DNA of 64,000 nt. Source: a virus. The notes below the pieces were generated by a model. That model was not told the DNA's origin. It searched no databases and saw only the letters and a list, made by a program, of their open reading frames with translations. The stretch is taken from IMG/VR virus record IMGVR_UViG_3300002029_000005; one strand, given 5' to 3'. Position numbers and translations under genes: made by a program. Below are positions 56,801 through 64,000 of the stretch, piece after piece. Position 1 is the stretch's first letter, and each line of letters begins with the position of its first letter.

Positions 56801-58069
56801 GAAATTAAGTATCGGTACATGAGAAAGGAATTGGTCTCTCTGCGCATCGTAATCCGTGCTGATATAGAGATAAGGTTTTAATTCTGTTTTTACATGTGTA
56901 AGTTCTATGCTTTGGGGATTAACTGTATTAGTCTCATCGAATACGATGCTTGTAGATGTAAGTGCATTTGGAAATACAGTGGTTAACCACTGGAATTCGC
57001 CACGGCCATTCACGGACAAAACAGCAGTCGGCGCTAATATCTCTTTCTCTATAAACGATTTGCAGTCAACGCCACCGGGATTTTGGAAGCTAAACGGAAA
57101 TCCGCTATACGCCTTAGCAAAGCTAGTACCATTAATTCTACTGCGATCTAATCCAGCGCTCCAGTGACTAGGGATCGTTTTGGTTCTATCATAAAATGTA
57201 CCTGTAATAAGCGCATAAACAAGCTCCGCCCTTTCCTCATGGATATAAACCCATTCATCAAGCGTTGGGAACTGTGCTTCATCTTCATTTATTGATACAA
57301 GCACAGCCCTTGACGTGGTTTGAAATCGCCCTCGAATACACCCGGTAAGCTTTACCCGCACACCATCAGGCTCAACGCCGGTGTAAGCGATTATCTCGCC
57401 CGTACTATCAACCCTTATATAGCCAACATTTTCGACATTCGGCTCAGATACGTATGAACTATTATGACGAATCATGCAGCTCCTTACACTTTCGATATCC
57501 CCAACTAGAGTTGTTATTGATATTTCGGACTGCGTTGCTGTTATTCCCTCACTAATGCGCCACTGCTTTGGAGCGAATATGGTTGTATCTAATCCACGAT
57601 TAACATCTATACATTGTATTGTCAGACCTCGTGTCGCACTCCATGAATGATTTTTAAATAGTGAAGTTATTAGAGGGTATCTTTCCGGGCACTGCGTACC
57701 GACCGGCCACTGGTATTCTGAAACCTTACTATTATTCGTACCGATACCCGATTGTGTCTTTTCCGATATCTCTAGCGATAGAGATTCATCAACATCTGCA
57801 AACGTGTAGACTGGATTGGTTGATGTTGCACTGCCGGATAGATGCCCTGCATTCTTACTGATAGCAGGAAGTCCACCAACTGCAATTCGCGCAGTCAGTA
57901 CCGATGCGCCAGCCGGAAGATAGTCGATTGAATCCTCGTGTGATACCAGCCATACAACACCGATATCATTGAACTCAATTCTTACGGCGTGCCAATTCTG
58001 CCTTGAGAACGCACGCGCTGGCGGTTCATCAAGCGGAATATGGACAACGTTGCTATTAACTACAGGCAT
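53888..58069 (-). CDS. Tail tip / baseplate hub protein with two C-terminal FN3 domains
   Basis: 1393 aa; RGRFQTT hub motif, G-rich shaft; FN3 repeats VELFWE...GYEVFVDG and ELTWQPP...GYEVSRDG. Confidence 0.75.
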   Translation of the reverse strand: MPVVNSNVVHIPLDEPPARAFSRQNWHAVRIEFNDIGVVWLVSHEDSIDYLPAGASVLTARIAVGGLPAISKNAGHLSGSATSTNPVYTFADVDESLSLEISEKTQSGIGTNNSKVSEYQWPVGTQCPERYPLITSLFKNHSWSATRGLTIQCIDVNRGLDTTIFAPKQWRISEGITATQSEISITTLVGDIESVRSCMIRHNSSYVSEPNVENVGYIRVDSTGEIIAYTGVEPDGVRVKLTGCIRGRFQTTSRAVLVSINEDEAQFPTLDEWVYIHEERAELVYALITGTFYDRTKTIPSHWSAGLDRSRINGTSFAKAYSGFPFSFQNPGGVDCKSFIEKEILAPTAVLSVNGRGEFQWLTTVFPNALTSTSIVFDETNTVNPQSIELTHVKTELKPYLYISTDYDAQRDQFLSHVPILNFDSADYNKTEDNEFIERRGIHAGLHSNAQIKELGQQYGELLFYEKLGTAVESHLNGIEIGEIVTIKYDYIPDDTTAGAQTINRSVMVVGWSLNRSTNTTTYTVVGTLQIAQSQLSTINDHNLPAEEYRRDGIDIATLPGIVINNGVATGSITLQMGLKYYYVDADEDGSGLEFSNALNVNITGQGLYPSIYVYGPFVNRTIIDVSGRSNYEGGEGATSSTPERVGDTGVLFAPTLANGTIRSVQTYYDGRAQNTKHFSRGPIRRSSIIPLSHVKTGFYARLPVYDIAIHDDKLVGLPLDLGGSAGDGSGRSSFHDAQRRPLVNQVQGDGKPAPTKSPIVILGRNGLKGGRGGGGLLIVSWGGSCTGQIITSGGPAEPDLDTYDEDVNILRSRGGGGRPGGLLWLVDGNWPSPILTDSNVLCMTGEMAMGGEIVNAKVDRDSPVIESNGIVVRDGNYRSGYSNYTIANMREAAARVQFIPANEKVQQKILLPEDRAFANQRDGVIKLHIGDTPPSNADYGDFLITKSQLESTDQFPIARILRNNGEWTLVDWPNEYVTYQWLLKAYRDGEGVRVFNSPDRPAEGRYKNGDLWRDPVARVTWELNTSGEDTIFSRDGVQLGDERLGDPNFVNSQRGEHFWYFSGDPNQLPVFPVAQSGQSIFTFSIDSVSQGFEFLRFNLSPPIQVNALVYSRTSVELFWEFPDDSTNITGYEVFVDGVLVELSTGKSYFTSGFASGTEHTLGVRSVNADGEISNTIETTITTNGDVGDANTGSGAGGVTDTTVQQPRNLQISIFSETNGELTWQPPESNTDGLTGYEVSRDGAILTTVAIGTHSYNMTDLMPQTSYAFELRSVSVSGNKSLPLTVSGTTGDGSSDGGGSSSNAPTLTVDNVVNGNTINGPTISGATTLVEQGRQIFIAHDDGALLAAVQADGRWSVTAPSHYSDEPSISPYVENSSGQPAQDVRSPFIFNMP

Positions 58070-58071
58070 TT

Positions 58072-59454
58072 TTACGCAGGATTAATATCGCATCCAACTG
58101 ACACGCTAAAATCATCTACCGCGACATCCTCAACGACCACGCCTGTTACAATGCGTCTATCTAATGGCGTTACGTTGGCGATCTTCGAGCCGAAGTTATG
58201 CGTCCACTGGTATGTATATTCATCGTCATTCTCACCATCTGGCGCATGACCCTCCCATCGAAAAGCCTGACCTTTAACGTACATGTCTGGAATTTCAATC
58301 CTAGCAACTCGTTTCGGCCTGTCGCCAGTGATCGCATCAACTGTCGTTCCAACAGTTGTTGCACTGCCAGTGTCATCAACAACCGTACTTCCGTTATCCG
58401 CAATAAATGAAGCTGCGTTTTCGCCATCAATCTTCCACACCTTAATGTAATCGATGACGCCTTTGTCGGTTGCTATCTTTTCACGGTCAAGTATGGCCGA
58501 TGCTGGCGGATACAGTCCCACGTCTTGCGGTCGCTTCTTTCCATTGGATGGAATATGGAACACCTCACCCGGCTCATCCATAACACCCGCGTTTAGCTCG
58601 CGAGTGATTTGAATGGCTTGCTGTACCTGTGGTATCCGAACACTATCATTGATGGTGTTTTTGCCATCGATATACCAGCGCAATATGTTTTTTGTCCACA
58701 ATAAGCCGATTGTGTGGAACCCAGTTTTAACATCCAGCCCATGGTCTGACAAAAGAATATTACCGCCGCCCTGATCTGGCGTATTACCGGCATCACCACC
58801 CAAAACTTTTTGCTGAATTCGGTTATGCGCATTCTGCACGGCTGAGTTTTCGTACTCGAATATGTCAACTTCAACACCGTTCGCAGCACTACCTTCATAA
58901 GCCAATGACTCGTTTGGAACCGCTGGCATTATCCAGACTGAGAATCTAAAACCCTGCGTTTTCATCTGTTCAAAAGAAACGCGTATTTCGAAATAGTGTC
59001 CAGGCCCAAACGTCACATTTGGCTTGCTATTATCAACAACCTGAGCTTCTAAATCATTATCATACCGACGCGACTGACCGATCATGTAAGGCGCGTACAG
59101 TCTATGATCACCCCATGGGTAATCCTTGCCCTGAAAGCTAAAATTATCGCGAGTGGGGTCATTTGCTTGCTCATGAGCGCCGCCAACGAATAACTGACCG
59201 CCTTGACGAAACACAAAGCTATCATTATCACCATTAACCCAACCAGCCCAACGCTTACCGGGAACACTGAAGGGGCTATCATTTCCGTTTTCGTCTTGCC
59301 CTGGATTCCCGGTGCGGTTTAATGCGTCGGTCATCAGGTCATATTCGAAGTTTGGCCCCGGACCCGGACCATCATCGGGGAAAACATCCTCCCATACAGG
59401 CGTAAACGTATGCTCTGACCCTGGCTGACCGTCATTAATTACTGGTTCTGACAT
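58072..59454 (-). CDS. GH16 glycoside hydrolase encoded in the tail operon
   Basis: Catalytic ExDxxE (GVEVDIFE); FHTIGLLWT...RWYIDG; IDYIKVW; VWEDVF N-terminus. Confidence 0.8.
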   Translation of the reverse strand: MSEPVINDGQPGSEHTFTPVWEDVFPDDGPGPGPNFEYDLMTDALNRTGNPGQDENGNDSPFSVPGKRWAGWVNGDNDSFVFRQGGQLFVGGAHEQANDPTRDNFSFQGKDYPWGDHRLYAPYMIGQSRRYDNDLEAQVVDNSKPNVTFGPGHYFEIRVSFEQMKTQGFRFSVWIMPAVPNESLAYEGSAANGVEVDIFEYENSAVQNAHNRIQQKVLGGDAGNTPDQGGGNILLSDHGLDVKTGFHTIGLLWTKNILRWYIDGKNTINDSVRIPQVQQAIQITRELNAGVMDEPGEVFHIPSNGKKRPQDVGLYPPASAILDREKIATDKGVIDYIKVWKIDGENAASFIADNGSTVVDDTGSATTVGTTVDAITGDRPKRVARIEIPDMYVKGQAFRWEGHAPDGENDDEYTYQWTHNFGSKIANVTPLDRRIVTGVVVEDVAVDDFSVSVGCDINPA

Positions 59455-59463
59455 ATTTTTTCC

Positions 59464-60222
59464 TTAGACGAATTCATACCAAAGACGCTGGATACCCCAA
59501 TCAGCGCCTATGTTTGACTGCACAACAGATATCTTGTTAATTCCGGCCTGTATATCCGAACGTGGTATATCAGTGAACGGTTGGTTAACTGTTGTAAGTG
59601 ATTTTGGAAGTTCTAATATCTGCCTTCCATTCAGAAATACACCTAACGGTATATCTCCGTAATTACGGTAATTTAGCCTGATGCGTGTAGTGTCCTGACC
59701 GCTATTTATGAAGCTGCCGGTCATCTTGTAGATATTGTCTCTGCCTGACCAGTCCGACCACCCATATATATCTGTATCGCTAAAATCATCGGTCATGGCA
59801 AAGTCAATACCGCCATCATCTTCGTATACTTTCAAAGACATCTGACGTGTGGATTTTTTACACGCAAATTCGCTAAATGATTCCGAATCATTTGTATACC
59901 GACACATGTACACACTGTTTAGCAATGGCTCTGTAACCGCGTAAACTTTCACAAGTTGATTGTCTTGAATAGACTCTACGCATTCGTTCCAGTTGGCCAT
60001 ATAGGTGTCATCGATAGCATCCTGTGTTAGCTGCAACGTTTTCCAGCGAGCCGTGAACGATGACTGGTATGACTTATGATCAATCGATTCAACAACTGGC
60101 GCGTTCCTGTCTCTTGTTATATTTGCGCCGTTACGACTAGGCCGTATAAAAAGGTATTGCGTAGTTCCGAGCCGGCTAGGCTCTAGCTCACCATGCGTGA
60201 CGATGTATTCGACAATAATCAT
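59464..60222 (-). CDS. Distal-tail-like protein with a C-terminal carbohydrate-binding-like module
   Basis: Directly follows the tape measure; IRLNYRNY...VFLNG...GINKI jelly-roll pattern. Confidence 0.5.
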   Translation of the reverse strand: MIIVEYIVTHGELEPSRLGTTQYLFIRPSRNGANITRDRNAPVVESIDHKSYQSSFTARWKTLQLTQDAIDDTYMANWNECVESIQDNQLVKVYAVTEPLLNSVYMCRYTNDSESFSEFACKKSTRQMSLKVYEDDGGIDFAMTDDFSDTDIYGWSDWSGRDNIYKMTGSFINSGQDTTRIRLNYRNYGDIPLGVFLNGRQILELPKSLTTVNQPFTDIPRSDIQAGINKISVVQSNIGADWGIQRLWYEFV

Positions 60223-63200
60223 GATTGATTCAACTGGTTCATGTTGTCGAAATTAAAGCCGCGACTATCTATCGTGATTTTCTTCGCTTCGGCTAAATCT
60301 TGTAGCCTTCGACCAAATCTTTCCTCTATCTTTGATTGATCAGCAACGTCATCAATATCACTAACGATCACTACGGGCTGAATGATCGGCGCGGCTTGCT
60401 GAGCAGATGCCTGTGCATTGCTGTCAACTGCATTATTAGTCGGCCCGGTATAACTTGCGCCACTACTCACGCTCACGCTGCCACCACTACCGCCACCGTA
60501 TTGAGTGGACTGAATTCTATCGATAACCTTGTCTGTTTCTAACTTTGCAACCAACGCCAAACCAAGTCCGGTGTACCAATTACCACCTGTTGCATAAGCG
60601 TTTATTATCGTCAGTAGCTGCGACACCCTGGCTTGATCTAATTGAGCACTTTTAGATTGCTCAAACTCGCGCCTTGCGGCTTCATCAGCAATAGCTGCTC
60701 TTTTGGCTGCATTTTCAGCGAGTATCTTGTTTTCTTCTGTTCCGTTTTGCTCGTCCGCCGCCTGCGCTTCATCAGCAGCCGTTTGAAGGCTTTGCGCTCG
60801 CTGCTGTGCTGCCTGAGCCTCTATCTGCTCCCGTTGCACCTCTGAGCTTAGGATTGCCTCTGCAAGCCCTGTAGCAATGCCTATTTCTTGCTCATACTTC
60901 GCTTGAACGCCAGCTAATCGACTTTGAAAGGATGCTTGCTCGGCCTGTTCTCGTGTCGCCTCACCAGCGCGCACAAGCTCTGTAAGCTTTTCTTGGTGCG
61001 CGGCCTCTAACCCTTCAAGCGTTGTTTGGTACTCAACCTGCGTGATTTGGCGCGACGCCAACAGCGCGTCAAGTTCGGCCCTGTTGTCGCCAAGTTCAAA
61101 CTCCAGTAATATCGATGGCGTTGCGTTACCAAGCGACGCAAGCGTGTCGCGTAGCTGTCGGTTAATGTCGCTGACTTGCGATGCATAGTTTGCTTCTAAA
61201 GTGGATAAATCTTGTGCGGCCTGCTCTGCGCTAACTTGGCGCGCCTGGTGGAATTCGTTTAATAGCGCAAGCTGTTCCTGATAAAGCCGGGTTGCTTCGC
61301 TTACGGTGTCAGCAGACCCTATTGTCGTGAACTCTAAACGGATTTCGTTATCAAGATTAGCGAGCGCTAGATTAATGCCGTCGATACGGTCCGGCACTTC
61401 CTGCGCGGCTTGCTGTAGAAGTTGGATATCTTGCGCATAAGATGCAAAGGGCGTTTCTACCCTGCGTTCAATCGCGTCGGTAAACTCTTTGATTTCATCT
61501 GCGCGCTCGCTGGCTTTTACATCACTGAGTGTTTGTCGTAGATTGGCCGCTGCTTCGTTATATAGCTCTAAACCGATAACGCCGCCATCAAGTGCAGTTT
61601 GCAGTGTGGCTAACTGATCGTTTAAGGCATTTCTGCGCGCTTGCTCTGGGAACGCTTCATCAAGCACCTTTTCAAGTTCTGTGGCTTGCTCTTTTGATCT
61701 GCGTATGGCTTCCGCGTTCTCGCCAAGCTTATCTATTTGTAACTGTATTGACGCGTTAGCTCTGTCAAATATATCTTCATCAATAACGCCAAGCTGCAAC
61801 GCCTCCTGCAAGCGCTTACCATACTCATCAAGCTTTGCCTGCTTTGCATCATCTGGCAGAAGCTTGTCAATTATTTCCTGCGCCGATTTAGCTCTAGCGC
61901 CAACAAGGTCAAAAGCGTCAGCCGCATCTGATGCCGACTGTAAGTCATAGGGCTGTACAGTGGCAGCTAGACTAACCTGCTGATCAATTAGCGATTTAAT
62001 GCGGTCTATTTCGTCGTAGGTATCTCTTATTGCTTCTTTGAAGCCTTCAATTTGGTTTTCATTAAAATATCTTTCGAAGAAGTTTATGCTGAAGCGCGAC
62101 TCCGTGGCGCTGACATCGATGCGCAACGCTTCGAGTGTTTTTTGCGCTGCCTCAAGCTGCGCATCACCTGCGCGTTTTGCGGCATCTGCATTATCAAAGT
62201 AAGTATTTGACAGCCTCTCGATTGACTCAGCCAGCGCATCGGCCTGCTTTTCGCCGTCACTTTGCCTTGTAACGAGATAAGCAACGCCCGCCGCTGCAAT
62301 TAGTGCCGCCCCAGCCGGACCGCCAACCAATGCTAACGCTGCTGAACCTGCGCGCTGTGCTGTAGCGAACGCTACTGCTGTGCCTGTAGCTGCGCGCTGC
62401 GCTAATGCCAAATTAGTAGTTGCCGCCGCTTGCGCGTTTATTGATCTCGTTACAGTAGCGCCGCTTGTTGCCCTAGCAGTTCGAGCCGCCGCTAAGTTAG
62501 ATGATGATAAAATCGCCGCCCGCTCAACATCAAGTAATTGCGCTTCGCTTGCAGATAGCGCTCTACTTGCCGCTGTAGATTCTGCCGTGGCCGCTGTGTT
62601 TGCGTTCCTGGCAAGCGCCAATTCACCCTCAACAAATGCAAGGCGCTGTATGCCTGTAAGCTCTAACGCACGCGCCTCGGCTGATGCTAGCCTTGTAGCG
62701 GCATCCTGCGCGTTAAATGCGGCAAGCTCAGCTTTTAAAACTAACTGGCTTTGAAGGGTGCGCGTTTCAGCAACATTAGCAACCGCCTGCGCTTCCGTTA
62801 GCTCAAGCTCTCGAACCCTGGATGCAATGACGGCTGTATTATCTTCGATGGCTGATGCAACGCGAGCATCCGCCGCCGCTTTTTCCGCAGCCGCTGCCTG
62901 TAATTGAGAAGCGGCATAGGTTTGAGAAGCCGCCGCATTGGCTACCAATCGTTCGCCAAGCCTGCCTAATGCCTGTAATGCTTGTGAACCAACAATGCCG
63001 CCAACGGCAATACCCGCTATCTGAGCACCGGTTATTATTTCATCCAAATTCTCACGAACAAATTCAAGTGATGATGCTAACGCCTGAGCACCACCAATAG
63101 CGCCCGCGCTCACTGGCTCTTCTAACGCCTGTACTAGTTGCGTGTATTCATTTCGGGTACGGTTGAATGTTTGTGTGATATTGCCGGAAAGGGAAGCCGC

Positions 63201-63878
63201 AACGCCTGCGTAGTTTTCAAGCGCTCGCTGCAATACGTCTTTGAAGAAATCGCTTGTGACCTGGCCATCATTAACCAGTTTACGGAACCCGCCACCAGCA
63301 ACACCTGCCGCCTTGTCAAGCTCTTGGAGTAGGCCGGGAAGCGCTTCAGTGACTTGGTTTAGTTCTTCTGCGCGCAAAGTTCCAGCCGATAAGCCTTGCG
63401 CTAACCCAAACATGGAGCGACCAAGATCAGCAGACGATGCACCGGTAGCAGCCTGCACATTGGCAAGCCCTATGGTGATATCGCGTGACTCTTGAAGCGA
63501 TAGGATGCCTGCCTTATACAATGGCAGTAGTTTTGAATAGCCAGTGGCAAGAGTGACGTATTCGGCGGATAATTCGCGAGCCGACTCACGCAAGAAATTT
63601 TGTTGACCGGCTAAATCACCTGTGAGATTCGACAGCCTGGAATTGATACCCTGCAATTCTGCAAGGTCATTGGTTAAGCCTCTAACGCCAGCCGCTACCG
63701 ATATACCAGCAACGGCACCACCAACGCCAACCAATGCGCGGCTAAGCAGCGTCATTTGCCTGTCGGCGCCATCGCCTGCGCGCTCAAGCCTGCCAAGCGA
63801 GCTTGTAAAGCTCTTAACTTTCGCCTCGCCTGAACGGCTATCTACGCCAATGGCTAGCGTGCTGGTTGCGCTGGTCAT
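60219..63878 (-). CDS. Tail tape measure protein
   Basis: 1219 aa, Ala-rich helical; tape_meas domain SMFGLAQGLSAGTLRAEELNQVTEALP. Confidence 0.9.
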   Translation of the reverse strand: MTSATSTLAIGVDSRSGEAKVKSFTSSLGRLERAGDGADRQMTLLSRALVGVGGAVAGISVAAGVRGLTNDLAELQGINSRLSNLTGDLAGQQNFLRESARELSAEYVTLATGYSKLLPLYKAGILSLQESRDITIGLANVQAATGASSADLGRSMFGLAQGLSAGTLRAEELNQVTEALPGLLQELDKAAGVAGGGFRKLVNDGQVTSDFFKDVLQRALENYAGVAASLSGNITQTFNRTRNEYTQLVQALEEPVSAGAIGGAQALASSLEFVRENLDEIITGAQIAGIAVGGIVGSQALQALGRLGERLVANAAASQTYAASQLQAAAAEKAAADARVASAIEDNTAVIASRVRELELTEAQAVANVAETRTLQSQLVLKAELAAFNAQDAATRLASAEARALELTGIQRLAFVEGELALARNANTAATAESTAASRALSASEAQLLDVERAAILSSSNLAAARTARATSGATVTRSINAQAAATTNLALAQRAATGTAVAFATAQRAGSAALALVGGPAGAALIAAAGVAYLVTRQSDGEKQADALAESIERLSNTYFDNADAAKRAGDAQLEAAQKTLEALRIDVSATESRFSINFFERYFNENQIEGFKEAIRDTYDEIDRIKSLIDQQVSLAATVQPYDLQSASDAADAFDLVGARAKSAQEIIDKLLPDDAKQAKLDEYGKRLQEALQLGVIDEDIFDRANASIQLQIDKLGENAEAIRRSKEQATELEKVLDEAFPEQARRNALNDQLATLQTALDGGVIGLELYNEAAANLRQTLSDVKASERADEIKEFTDAIERRVETPFASYAQDIQLLQQAAQEVPDRIDGINLALANLDNEIRLEFTTIGSADTVSEATRLYQEQLALLNEFHQARQVSAEQAAQDLSTLEANYASQVSDINRQLRDTLASLGNATPSILLEFELGDNRAELDALLASRQITQVEYQTTLEGLEAAHQEKLTELVRAGEATREQAEQASFQSRLAGVQAKYEQEIGIATGLAEAILSSEVQREQIEAQAAQQRAQSLQTAADEAQAADEQNGTEENKILAENAAKRAAIADEAARREFEQSKSAQLDQARVSQLLTIINAYATGGNWYTGLGLALVAKLETDKVIDRIQSTQYGGGSGGSVSVSSGASYTGPTNNAVDSNAQASAQQAAPIIQPVVIVSDIDDVADQSKIEERFGRRLQDLAEAKKITIDSRGFNFDNMNQLNQS

Positions 63879-64000
63879 TGCTTAAAAGGTTTCACCGTGT
63901 TACGTGTTATTTCCATCATGCGCATGGCGTCAATCAGGAATTCGAAGCTGTATGGCAGCGTAAAGCTGTCGTAATAGTTTTTTATGTCCGTGAAGTTAAC
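63875..64000 (-). CDS. Partial tail assembly chaperone (C-terminus)
   Basis: Open frame VNFTDIKNYYDSF...IDAMRMME...KQ*, stop overlapping the tape measure ATG. Confidence 0.55.
   Translation of the reverse strand, partial: VNFTDIKNYYDSFTLPYSFEFLIDAMRMMEITRNTVKPFKQ

Noticed and set aside
1-64000. Diversity-generating retroelement, retron or group II intron
   Set aside because: No reverse transcriptase ORF (no YxDD in an RT context) and no TR/VR pair noticed
1-64000. Genome-wide stop-codon reassignment
   Set aside because: Long genes are intact under the standard code and end in TAA, TAG or TGA at tight operon junctions; only one isolated in-frame TAA was seen

Overview
This window is most of the genome of a temperate tailed (siphovirus-like) phage, about 47% GC by eye, probably infecting a proteobacterium. 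It appears to be the excised or virion form, because an intact attP-like core (3' end of a tRNA-Ser) lies beside the integrase with phage genes on both sides. From right to left: tail module (tape measure, hub/FN3 protein, GH16 glycosidase; 50-64 kb, minus); accessory island with a long structured non-coding region, an HNH and a tRNA-like RNA (46-50 kb); two divergent blocks of small early genes around an RHH repressor and back-to-back promoters (37-46 kb); integrase, excisionase and attP (33.4-35 kb); a lambdoid leftward-type operon with ERF, tandem CsrA and LexA-DBD (26-33.6 kb); the CI/Cro switch (24.8-25.9 kb); replication, methylase and Q-like genes (15.8-24.7 kb); lysis (13.8-15.2 kb); and a second block of large virion or receptor-binding genes including a PL6-type lyase, an LRR protein and a beta-helix tailspike (0.2-13.7 kb). 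No terminase, portal or capsid genes are recognisable in the window. The most unusual signals are two non-canonical tRNA-like RNAs with a clean acceptor stem, T-arm and encoded CCA but non-standard interiors (43295-43396 and 48602-48735). Also notable are a ~460-nt run of hairpins (46602-47065), a stop-codon-linked TAACCCC motif between successive early genes, a single-chain tandem CsrA, and several polysaccharide-degrading virion enzymes. Several split genes may be consensus errors or real decay. All calls come from reading the sequence and recalled family motifs; no searches or folding programs were run.
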